64,000 bases of DNA from a virus, in the IMG/VR virus record IMGVR_UViG_3300015371_000014, positions 16,354 through 80,353 of that record; one strand, given 5' to 3'. Numbering within the stretch: the first letter of the stretch is position 1; each line of letters opens with the position of its first letter. The notes under the pieces were generated by a model. That model ran no database searches, was not told the origin of the DNA, and saw nothing but the letters and a program-made list of their open reading frames with translations. Of the stretch, positions 56,178 through 64,000 are shown piece after piece. The translations under genes were made by a program, and so were the position numbers.

Positions 56178-57395
56178 ATGGAACCAACCTGCACGCGTTG
56201 CGGTTCAACGGATGACGTTCGCGTTTCCGGTTATTGCTTTGACTGCATACGGCAGGGTCGCAAGAATCGGGAAGTCAACGAAACGACAACGGAAGCACTA
56301 GAGAGAATGGGACGAAAGGAAGAAACCATGTCTGACACGTTCAAAATCGAAAATGGCGGACCTGGTTTTTACCGTTGCTACCTAAATGGAGACTACGTAG
56401 GTTCCATCGTGCAGGATTCGGAAGCTATCCGATACGACGATGGCAAGATGCACAAATCATGGTATCTCCGCTCCAGGTTGCTGGGATACAACGTGCATTG
56501 TGACCGCTATTTCGCTGACATCCGGAAAATGGCGAAAGGCTATTTCGTTCGCGAACGTGCGGAGTCAACGGTAGTTGGGAAGGAAGAAACCATGTCTGAG
56601 GATTTTCCGGCAATCAACTACACACTAACCGTGAATTTTGTTGACGGTTCGCACGTTGACCAATATTTCGAAATCATGCAATCGGCAGAGGCTGCAGGTA
56701 GGCGTTGGTTGGATTTCGGTAGTAATTACTATCCCGACGCGGTGTCTTTCACGGTATCAAATCGTGAGGGTTTCCCGGTTTTCGGACTAGCGAAAGACAC
56801 CCCGTACGTGTGTAACCAGTGTCAAGGTCCGGTTGACGCTGGGTACGCGGAGTCAACCTATATCGTTGACGGGAACGTTTCGATTTGTCGCGATTGTGCG
56901 GCAAAGGAAGAAACGGAAACCGTGTCTGGTTTTGAGGTAGACATCTACGAAAATGCCGACTGGCACACGCGAACCTTTCCGGAATGGTCCGAGTGCCGCG
57001 CCTATGCGACCCATTTTGTCAAGCGTGGTGCCCATGTTGTGATATGGGATGGAAACGACGAAATCTACAATTCGTCTGTTTCGCAGTGTGTGCCGAAAGA
57101 ATCCCCAGCGGTACAAAAACTCGCTGATCTCCGTACCACACTCGACAAAATAAAATGGGAAGTTTTCGGCACGCTGGTTACCGCGTGTGACGTGGGGTGT
57201 CATCCTAATTCAAAATCTCCGCTTGCAACCTACGTCAATGATGCGTTGCAAGCCTACGGAACCGCTGAAGCATGGCTACGTAGGATGGAGTCTGGCGATA
57301 GTGACCCTGGAGTCACCGCTAAGGACGTTGAAACGGAGTTAGAGCGTTACGATGATGCACTAGAGAGGATCCGCCTAGCGCATACATACCGCTAG
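56178..57395 (+). CDS. modular hypothetical protein with internal in-frame starts
   Basis: AAGGG RBS; KEETMS repeats; CxxC pairs. Confidence 0.65.
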   Translation: MEPTCTRCGSTDDVRVSGYCFDCIRQGRKNREVNETTTEALERMGRKEETMSDTFKIENGGPGFYRCYLNGDYVGSIVQDSEAIRYDDGKMHKSWYLRSRLLGYNVHCDRYFADIRKMAKGYFVRERAESTVVGKEETMSEDFPAINYTLTVNFVDGSHVDQYFEIMQSAEAAGRRWLDFGSNYYPDAVSFTVSNREGFPVFGLAKDTPYVCNQCQGPVDAGYAESTYIVDGNVSICRDCAAKEETETVSGFEVDIYENADWHTRTFPEWSECRAYATHFVKRGAHVVIWDGNDEIYNSSVSQCVPKESPAVQKLADLRTTLDKIKWEVFGTLVTACDVGCHPNSKSPLATYVNDALQAYGTAEAWLRRMESGDSDPGVTAKDVETELERYDDALERIRLAHTYR

Positions 57396-57452
57396 AACGC
57401 AAAAACAGGCACCGTAGACGCACGTTCGGAAACGAAACGGAGTCTCACCGCT

Positions 57453-57647
57453 ATGCAGCCTTACACGTTCCTGCAGACGCTGAAATCGTGCGAACGTTCC
57501 GGCATTCTACTCCCGCGAACCGCGCTAAGCCATGAAACGCGGCTAGCGTGCTATGCGGCGGAAATCATCGTTTCTAGGCCACCAGTACAAGAAACCAAAA
57601 CCGATACCCTTATCGGATTTGAATATCCAACCCTGAAAGGAAAATAA
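57453..57647 (+). CDS. hypothetical protein
   Basis: GGAG RBS. Confidence 0.5.
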   Translation: MQPYTFLQTLKSCERSGILLPRTALSHETRLACYAAEIIVSRPPVQETKTDTLIGFEYPTLKGK

Positions 57648-57648
57648 C

Positions 57649-57951
57649 ATGGCACGGTATGCATGGGTGATAACCCGAGATCATTACGCGGAGAAATACA
57701 ACCCTGAAGACAACGAAACCGGGGTTATGGGACCGCGAAGTATCACCCCAGCCCAAATCGAACGATTAGAACGCGGGGAAGGTATTACGTTCAAAATGAG
57801 GGATGACGATAAGGAATTAGTTTACACCGGAAAAATCATCGGAGATTTTGACGGTTTTGAACCGCTAGACGATTTCGGCATGCCGAATTTTGGCTGTACC
57901 GAAATCTGCTACCCAGGTTCAAAACTCTATGGGAATGGAAAGGCACTCTAA
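57649..57951 (+). CDS. hypothetical phage protein
   Basis: GAAAGGA RBS; FKMRDDD..Y.G..FEPLDDFGMPNFGCTEI motif. Confidence 0.75.
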   Translation: MARYAWVITRDHYAEKYNPEDNETGVMGPRSITPAQIERLERGEGITFKMRDDDKELVYTGKIIGDFDGFEPLDDFGMPNFGCTEICYPGSKLYGNGKAL

Positions 57952-58340
57952 TGAAAACCGCGCCAGACGGCTATTCACGGAAACGACGCTGCAGAGTGCC
58001 GGGAGCGTTTCGGCACAACCCTGCCGACTGTTATTCCCGCCGCTTCCGCTATCGCAGTATGACGATAGCGGAAGCACGCGCTATCACCTGGAACACTCCC
58101 CTCTGGGTACTGTTTCAGGACGGAGAAATCATGTCGGTTCGCCTAAACGGATCCGTCAAAACATGGGTCCGAGATCAGAACCGCGTAGAGGTACCGCTGA
58201 AGTTTGGTGCCCATGCCAGAGGACAATTCCGGAGCGTTAGTCAATCAGACGGAACCATGTCTGATTTGATTGTCCTGTTAGACGCAAGCGGAAACCGAAC
58301 CGATAACGAAACCTACGCTGTCACACAAGAGATTTATTAG
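57951..58340 (+). CDS. hypothetical phage protein
   Basis: TAATG coupling; RLNGSVKTW.R...VEVPLKFG. Confidence 0.7.
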   Translation: MKTAPDGYSRKRRCRVPGAFRHNPADCYSRRFRYRSMTIAEARAITWNTPLWVLFQDGEIMSVRLNGSVKTWVRDQNRVEVPLKFGAHARGQFRSVSQSDGTMSDLIVLLDASGNRTDNETYAVTQEIY

Positions 58341-58353
58341 AAAGGAAAATCCC

Positions 58354-58833
58354 ATGGCATACATTGACGCTGGAAAATCCGCATTCTCCCGCACGGGGTT
58401 GACGCCACTCCGAGAACGCGTCAACACAATGATTGAACGGTTTCTGATGCGCGACATTCCAAAGGATAAACACTGCGGTACCGTTGTTGTCAACCTTTCC
58501 GGCAGAATCCCGCATGCTAGCCGCTGTTTCAATCATCGTAACCGGCATGGCATGCTAGAACCGATTTACTGCTATCAGCAACATACCGCACGGCTGAAAG
58601 TCGCCCATATCTCAGCGGCGGGATATGTTGACTTTTTTGATGGTGAGGTAGACAGCGACCCAACGCAAGATTTTTGGGCGCATAGCATGCTCTATCCCAG
58701 TGAGGTAGAAAGGTTGATTTCCGCCTATGCGGAATGGCAAGAAAACGAAAGGAAGCAAAACCAGGAAAGACTGCAGAGAGAATGGCTGTCGCGTGGTAAG
58801 GAAAACCGCGCTAACGCGTTAGGAAGGAAGTAA
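58354..58833 (+). CDS. hypothetical protein
   Basis: GAAAGGA RBS. Confidence 0.65.
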   Translation: MAYIDAGKSAFSRTGLTPLRERVNTMIERFLMRDIPKDKHCGTVVVNLSGRIPHASRCFNHRNRHGMLEPIYCYQQHTARLKVAHISAAGYVDFFDGEVDSDPTQDFWAHSMLYPSEVERLISAYAEWQENERKQNQERLQREWLSRGKENRANALGRK

Positions 58834-58834
58834 C

Positions 58835-59017
58835 GTGCATCTTATCGGATGGTGGATTGACGAATTGCGCGGGGTTTCGATCTACGTACACGGCGTAGAT
58901 CTCACAGAGGAAAGGGTTTTCTTTCAGGACGAAAATGGGGAGTATGGGGAAGTACCGCTGTCCGTTTTCGAGCATGTCGTTGATACCGAACGTCTCACGT
59001 ACGTAGGAAGGAAATAA
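58835..59017 (+). CDS. hypothetical protein
   Basis: AGGAAG RBS. Confidence 0.55.
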   Translation: MHLIGWWIDELRGVSIYVHGVDLTEERVFFQDENGEYGEVPLSVFEHVVDTERLTYVGRK

Positions 59018-59019
59018 CC

Positions 59020-59226
59020 ATGGCCTACACCACAACAAACTTCAAAACCAAAAAGGCATTCAAGGACGCTGTAGCCAGTGGAAAGGAAATCAGGCTGTTT
59101 TCTCCCGGCATGTTTCCACCTAACCAGAATGGTAGAGAAACGGTAGAGGGACCGCATTTTCCGGAACCGCATCGATGGTATGCCAGTGTGACCGTGGAAA
59201 ACGGGGTTGTCAAAACCGTCAAATAA
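59020..59226 (+). CDS. hypothetical phage protein
   Basis: NFKTKKA.KDAV..VEGPHFPEPHRWYA motif; AAGGA RBS. Confidence 0.75.
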   Translation: MAYTTTNFKTKKAFKDAVASGKEIRLFSPGMFPPNQNGRETVEGPHFPEPHRWYASVTVENGVVKTVK

Positions 59227-59245
59227 CCAGAGGGGAGTCTCACCC

Positions 59246-60037
59246 ATGAAAATTCTTACCCTCGCTGCCGCCAATACCAAAATGGCGAAAGGCGACTATT
59301 TAGATATCGTCGCTGCCATCCTGCATTTAGCTCCGTCTAACGCGTCGGGATACAACGTGTGCATTCATGCCTCTCCAGGTTGTGAGCATGCATGCTTGAA
59401 TCTTTCAGGACGTGGCATTTTTGCGATGGTGCAGGAAGCACGAATCCGCAAAACGCGGTTACTTTTCGAGAATCCGGAAGTCTTCACGTACATGCTGCTA
59501 GCGGATATCGATGCGCTGCAGCGAAAGGCTGCCACCCAGCGCAAGCGGTGCGCTATCCGCCTAAACGGTACCTCTGATTTCCCTTTCCATACCTTCCCGG
59601 TTCACCACAACGGGGTTGACTTTCCCAGTGTCATGCATGCATTCCCAGAGGTACAGTTTTATGACTACACCAAAGTACCGCATACGATCAGACACGAAAT
59701 CCCAAACAACTATCACCTCACGTTTTCCCTGTCAGAATCCAACGACAAACACGCGCTAGAGGCCTTACAGCGCGGTTTCAATGTCGCGGTAGTCCTCGAC
59801 GTTGCCGAAACGGAATCCCTGCCGGAAACATGGGGGGGATATCCCGTCTTAGACGGTACCAAACATGATTTCCGGTTTTTGGATCCGGCAGGATATATCG
59901 TCGGTCTGAAACCGAAAGGAAAACGCGCAAAGTGTGATAGCTCCGGTTTCGTTCGCAGCCCTGCCGATACCTTTCACCCCGAACGCAAGCTAACTCTCGC
60001 CATTCAACAACGAAAGGAACTCCCCAGCCATGTCTAA
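59246..60037 (+). CDS. GP88-family protein
   Basis: NVC...SPGCEHACL..GRG, IRLNGTSD, FYDYTK, NYHLTFS, HDFRFLDP..VGLK.KG. Confidence 0.75.
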   Translation: MKILTLAAANTKMAKGDYLDIVAAILHLAPSNASGYNVCIHASPGCEHACLNLSGRGIFAMVQEARIRKTRLLFENPEVFTYMLLADIDALQRKAATQRKRCAIRLNGTSDFPFHTFPVHHNGVDFPSVMHAFPEVQFYDYTKVPHTIRHEIPNNYHLTFSLSESNDKHALEALQRGFNVAVVLDVAETESLPETWGGYPVLDGTKHDFRFLDPAGYIVGLKPKGKRAKCDSSGFVRSPADTFHPERKLTLAIQQRKELPSHV

Positions 60038-60254
60038 GAATGAAATCTTTCCCTATGGGACATACCGATTCAAAAACAGTAACGATATCGTGCGGCTATG
60101 CGCGAATCCCGATTCCAGAGAATTCGTCAATATCCGGACAGCCTCTGGTTACGTCTACACCATGCGGGCTGAAACGATTCGGTACCATATCGAAATCGGT
60201 ACCCTGGAGCGCTGGAACGTAGATGCCTCTAGAACGCAAAATAAGGCACCGTAG
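60030..60254 (+). CDS. hypothetical protein
   Basis: GAAAGGA RBS. Confidence 0.55.
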   Translation: MSKNEIFPYGTYRFKNSNDIVRLCANPDSREFVNIRTASGYVYTMRAETIRYHIEIGTLERWNVDASRTQNKAP

Positions 60255-60362
60255 AGGCACGAAACCCCGCTAGAGGACTAACTACCCTCTAGCGGTTCAA
60301 CCCCGCCTTAGAGCGCCTAAAATCGCGTCGGACCTGTCACCTGTCAAAACGAAAGGAAGGGT

Positions 60363-60602
60363 ATGCGATTCGTCAATAAACGTTTCAAGAGCAATTGCCA
60401 CTACGAAACGTCAACCCTCAGCACAGTACGAGTACTGGCACACTGGCGAGATTTCTACCTCCGGAATGGGTGGCGCTTTGACGGTATGTACCGCTGGAGT
60501 CAAACATTCTGGGGACACTCACTGCTATGTCGAGTGTTGATTTTTACCCATCCCGAAACCGGGAAGCACGATACCGTCTATGTAGCGGTACAGCCCTGGT
60601 AA
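60363..60602 (+). CDS. hypothetical protein
   Basis: GAAAGGA RBS. Confidence 0.55.
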   Translation: MRFVNKRFKSNCHYETSTLSTVRVLAHWRDFYLRNGWRFDGMYRWSQTFWGHSLLCRVLIFTHPETGKHDTVYVAVQPW

Positions 60603-60617
60603 CGAAAGGAAACCCCC

Positions 60618-61055
60618 ATGTTTGGCTATGGAATCTCGAAACGCGGTACCGTGCGGAGAAAGGGTAAAGCCAAAACCGGCCGATTTATGCGGAAGTGTAT
60701 CGGTATCGGTTTCGGGGTTGGTATCGGGATAGCCGTTATCAATGCGTCGGCAGCGGACAGGATAGGACCGCGTTTCCCCTTACCAGAACCATTCACGGTA
60801 GGCACAGAACACACGGTAACGCTGAAATCCAAAACCCTAGAATGCGTCAATCTGTACACATGGGAAGATGGAACCGTGGTCGCAGCCTGCCGAAATCCGC
60901 ACGGAAAAACCAAAACCCTCGACTACGATGCAGCCTCAGATACCTGGAAACCCTGGAAAGGCTGCTACCCAAAACTCCCCATAGACACCCAAAAACGTGT
61001 CAAGAACCTGCAGCGCTGCTACGGACAGAGCATCGTCTCTCAGCACGATTTCTAA
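60618..61055 (+). CDS. secreted/membrane-anchored protein
   Basis: Basic N-terminus, hydrophobic helix, ASA cleavage-like site. Confidence 0.6.
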   Translation: MFGYGISKRGTVRRKGKAKTGRFMRKCIGIGFGVGIGIAVINASAADRIGPRFPLPEPFTVGTEHTVTLKSKTLECVNLYTWEDGTVVAACRNPHGKTKTLDYDAASDTWKPWKGCYPKLPIDTQKRVKNLQRCYGQSIVSQHDF

Positions 61056-61080
61056 CCAGAGGAAGAAAGGAACCAAAACC

Positions 61081-61434
61081 ATGAATAACCCCGTCCTCTC
61101 CCGTCTGATTCGTGCCTCCCGTATCGCCATAACCCTTACAGCCCTCACGATCAGTACAGCCAGTGGCGAAACGGGAAGCAACGCAAGCGCACACATTGTA
61201 GGTCCGCACAACACACGGTTCCCCATTATCGGTACTGCAGCGTACAGCGCATCCTGCATCCTCAGTCACTACGTCTACGATGATGGCAGTATTGATGCAC
61301 TCTGTACTGAGGATGGGCAACGGTACCGCTATGATCCGGACGGACAGCCTTACCAGAACACCAGCGGTATCCCGATTAGACAGCCAGGATGGTATGCCAT
61401 AGGGGATAGCGGGAAGGGTATGAGAATGGGATAG
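61081..61434 (+). CDS. secreted protein, distant paralog of 60618-61055
   Basis: GAAAGGA RBS; signal-like helix; C..Y.YDDGSIDALC..YD. Confidence 0.55.
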   Translation: MNNPVLSRLIRASRIAITLTALTISTASGETGSNASAHIVGPHNTRFPIIGTAAYSASCILSHYVYDDGSIDALCTEDGQRYRYDPDGQPYQNTSGIPIRQPGWYAIGDSGKGMRMG

Positions 61435-61699
61435 AGAGGTAAGGAAGGTAGAGGTATGAGGGTACAGGATGGTGCTACACCATCCTGTACGTATCTTGTA
61501 TGCCATACTGTGAGACAGAGAGACATAATGTATTGGTTATCACATTCAGACTGCACCATCGTATATCTCACGCGTTCGAACGATAAACCAAAATAAGTCA
61601 CAAGCCTAATATACCTAAAGTACGTACATGCCAAAAAGAACGAAAGGCTCAAATCCTCACGGGAGCGCGATGAAGATAATAAGGTACAGTATGGGACAC

Positions 61700-61896
61700 G
61701 CGACATATCCCATGCGCCATAGTGCAGCGATGTCGCATACAACAACATAGACACCAGGGGACTAATAGTGTCTATGCATGTATCCTATCGTGCCGTTGTT
61801 GTTGCATACGACAACAACAACCCCATACCCCGTACGCCAGGATTTCCGTAGGCTACATATCCCTTTCGCGCTACGCGTGCAGACTACATATCCCAG
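61700..61896. repeat. right cluster of ACATATCCC repeats
   Basis: GCGACATATCCCA 61700, GGCTACATATCCC 61851, CAGACTACATATCCCAG 61880. Confidence 0.8.
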
Positions 61897-62065
61897 CGAG
61901 CGGAAACGGAGAGGTCGCGGAGAACACTAGAACATCTGTTCGGTGCGGCACCTTAGTGTATTTCCCCCACGATCAAAAAAATTTTGGGGTACACCCCCTA
62001 GAAAATCCCTGGACAGAGGTGGTATAACACTTGTACCAACCCTATCTTTAGGGGAAGGGAGTCTT

Positions 62066-62170
62066 ATGGAAGAGAGAGTTGGGATGGATATGGTTGCCAC
62101 AGTGGTGGTTGGGGTGAGTGTCGGACTCATTCTGTTTGTGTTGACGCAGTGGTTTCTGGATCAGCCGTGA
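62066..62170 (+). CDS. small membrane protein
   Basis: AAGGGAG RBS; single TM helix. Confidence 0.5.
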   Translation: MEERVGMDMVATVVVGVSVGLILFVLTQWFLDQP

Positions 62171-62184
62171 GGGAGAGGGAGGCG

Positions 62185-62451
62185 ATGACCGATAGTCTGG
62201 TTGGCGATCATTCCGTTATTGCGGAGGTGCCGCAGTCTTTACGAGAGAAGGTCGAGGTGCTTTGTGCGGAGATCGAGGCGTACTGTGATTACGCGGTGGC
62301 AGCGGCCTCTGATGATGGCAGCATGCAGGACGTGGCCCATGAGCTTGAGGCCATGCACGGGATCGCCAGGATGCTGACGGACCTACTCAAGGACCACGGG
62401 ATCACAGTAGTGGTGGATGATGATTGCCGGGGGTTTGAGGTTTATGGATGA
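62185..62451 (+). CDS. hypothetical protein
   Basis: GAGGGAGG RBS. Confidence 0.65.
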   Translation: MTDSLVGDHSVIAEVPQSLREKVEVLCAEIEAYCDYAVAAASDDGSMQDVAHELEAMHGIARMLTDLLKDHGITVVVDDDCRGFEVYG

Positions 62452-62641
62452 GAAGGAAGAGATCCAGGTCTTTGAGGATGCGCTCAATCTGAAGGAGCCG
62501 TGGGTGGCGACGGATGGCGAGTACTTCGCCCGTGGGGCAACGGAGGAGAATGCAAGGCGGGCGCTGAAACTCCTGAGAGAGATGCACCAGCTTCGCCAGA
62601 CTGGAACAACGTACACCTGGAGAAACGATGAACAAGGATAG
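62444..62641 (+). CDS. hypothetical protein
   Basis: Overlapping coupling. Confidence 0.55.
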   Translation: MDEKEEIQVFEDALNLKEPWVATDGEYFARGATEENARRALKLLREMHQLRQTGTTYTWRNDEQG

Positions 62642-63170
62642 CTTCATCAAGGCGCTCGCGAACGGCCACCACTCGTGGATGACGGATGGCGAACACCGCA
62701 ACGCGTATGAGGAGGGTGATCGGTGTGAGGAGTGTATTGCCTGGGCGGAAGAGGTCGCGCCGTTTATCTCACCCATGATCGAGGACTTCGTGGCGGAATG
62801 GATCACTGAGAGGTATAGGCACACGTTCGGTCATGACATCGTTGATGCGTGGCGGGAGGAGCGTCTTGGCAAAGTTCACAACCTGGATATTCACGGGGAA
62901 GGAGTATCGGGTCTTGACCAAAAAGGGTTGGCGGGCCGCGACCAAGAAAGAGGTCAAGAAGATCCTGCAGAAAATGGCGAGGGCGTGGGAATGATCATCG
63001 GTCCAGAGACAACACAGCGGATGGTGTCCCTGTTGCGGGAGGCGATCCGGATCGGCTGGGATGCCGGGTACGATCCAAAAGATATCGAAGCGTTCCTCCA
63101 AACAGCCCTTTCCACGTACGCGAAATTTAGCCCCCAAAACTACCCTCCAGACGACATCGAGAGGTCTTAG
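62628..63170 (+). CDS. hypothetical protein
   Basis: GGAG RBS; operon packing. Confidence 0.55.
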   Translation: MNKDSFIKALANGHHSWMTDGEHRNAYEEGDRCEECIAWAEEVAPFISPMIEDFVAEWITERYRHTFGHDIVDAWREERLGKVHNLDIHGEGVSGLDQKGLAGRDQERGQEDPAENGEGVGMIIGPETTQRMVSLLREAIRIGWDAGYDPKDIEAFLQTALSTYAKFSPQNYPPDDIERS

Positions 63171-63309
63171 TACCTTCACACCCCCAAACGCCTCACCACG
63201 GGGCTGTATTTGATCCACAGGGGCATTCCTCACCACGCCCCTGTGCAAACATCTCGGGGCTTATGAACTATTCCGGAGTAAAGAAAGTGATTACTGTTTT
63301 TACTCAAGC

Positions 63310-63338
63310 TTGACATTTCTGGGATCTACTGATACGGT
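63310..63338 (+). promoter_or_regulatory. sigma70-type promoter
   Basis: TTGACA-17 bp-TACGGT with extended TG. Confidence 0.6.
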
Positions 63339-63406
63339 TGTACCAATGGAGACAGGGAGTCTCTGCGGAAATTACGAGAGCGTAGCGGAGTTGGAAAGGA
63401 ACGGAT

Positions 63407-63535
63407 ATGGCACGGCGGTATGAACAGCGGACGTATATCGAACCAGCGCGGCGAGGGTTCTTTGGCACGATCTTCAACGTGCTGAAGTGGCTGATCATCA
63501 TCGGGATCATCCTGATCGTGATCGCGGCTCTATGA
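63407..63535 (+). CDS. small membrane protein (42 aa)
   Basis: GAAAGGA RBS; MARRYEQRTYIEPARRGFFGTIFNVLKWLIIIGIILIVIAAL, read manually. Confidence 0.6.
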   Translation: MARRYEQRTYIEPARRGFFGTIFNVLKWLIIIGIILIVIAAL

Positions 63536-63678
63536 GCGACAACACGAAGGGATTTCTCTTCGCGGTCGGGATCATCGTTTTCTCAACGGGGTTGGAACAC
63601 TTTGGCCTGATCACGCTGGGGGAACACCTCATCCTGATCGTGAACGCCTGGATACTACAGCTGCTGATAAAGGGGTGA
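63532..63678 (+). CDS. small membrane protein
   Basis: ATGA overlap; two hydrophobic segments. Confidence 0.55.
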   Translation: MSDNTKGFLFAVGIIVFSTGLEHFGLITLGEHLILIVNAWILQLLIKG

Positions 63679-63679
63679 T

Positions 63680-63901
63680 ATGGGAACTGATCTGAGTTTG
63701 AAGCTCGCTCCGCATAGGATTGGCGCGGTCAAGCTCTGGTTGGAGAACCTTCGTAGGCTCGATGTCCAGATCGAAACCATGATGCTGTCGGAAACGGCTC
63801 GTCGTGATCGGCCAGGGGACAAGGCGCTGATCAGTGAGCTACGGAAAGTAAGAAAGGATCTCGCCCGTGTCAGAGAGCGTATCGAACCGCTCACTCGCTG
63901 A
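63680..63901 (+). CDS. hypothetical coiled-coil protein
   Basis: AAGGGG RBS. Confidence 0.55.
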   Translation: MGTDLSLKLAPHRIGAVKLWLENLRRLDVQIETMMLSETARRDRPGDKALISELRKVRKDLARVRERIEPLTR

Positions 63902-64000
63902 CCTTCTTGCGGAGGCAATCCGGCTGGATGAGGAGGTCGAGAAGCTCTGTGACCGAATCACCATATTAGAGGAAGAGCGAAAACCCCTGGCCCTGAAATC

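Noticed and set aside
60334-60347. CTGTCACCTGTCAA as a further palindrome copy
   Set aside because: Two mismatches that break one arm; not counted.
1-64000. Integrated prophage with att sites
   Set aside because: No integrase, host genes or att-like junction visible; lifestyle cannot be determined from this window.

Overview
The window is about 64 kb of a tailed dsDNA phage genome with siphovirus-type architecture. No host genes, integrase, terminase, portal or DNA polymerase are visible. Layout: (i) 0.5-1.2 kb, a non-coding block with two tRNA-like RNAs and further structured RNA; (ii) 1.2-33.2 kb, + strand morphogenesis and lysis genes (protease/scaffold, capsid, neck, tail tube, frameshifted tail chaperones, 2582-aa tape measure, 2049-aa multidomain tail protein, three-domain endolysin, holin); (iii) 33.4-54.8 kb, - strand replication and nucleotide-metabolism arm (ThyX, MazG-like proteins, nucleases, T7-like primase-helicase, ParB-like protein, AccI-like nuclease) driven by several sigma70-type promoters; (iv) 55.1-61.9 kb, a compositionally distinct + strand island bounded by direct repeats, probably a terminal-repeat or first-injected region; (v) small + strand genes to the end. 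The strongest unexplained signal is a 14-bp palindrome made of two inverted -35 hexamers (TTGACA-CC/GG-TGTCAA), found 9 times exactly and 5 times with one mismatch, at promoters, gene starts and inside genes. A sigma-region-4-like HTH protein and a ParB-like protein are candidate binders. Other notable signals are tandem tRNA mimics without usable anticodons followed by a pseudoknot, a segment-transposed papain-like protease, a +1 rather than -1 tail chaperone frameshift, a dispersed hairpin motif and an early ORF with nested start sites. A Thermomicrobiales/Chloroflexota host is a weak inference. All family assignments come from motif recognition by eye; no searches were run.
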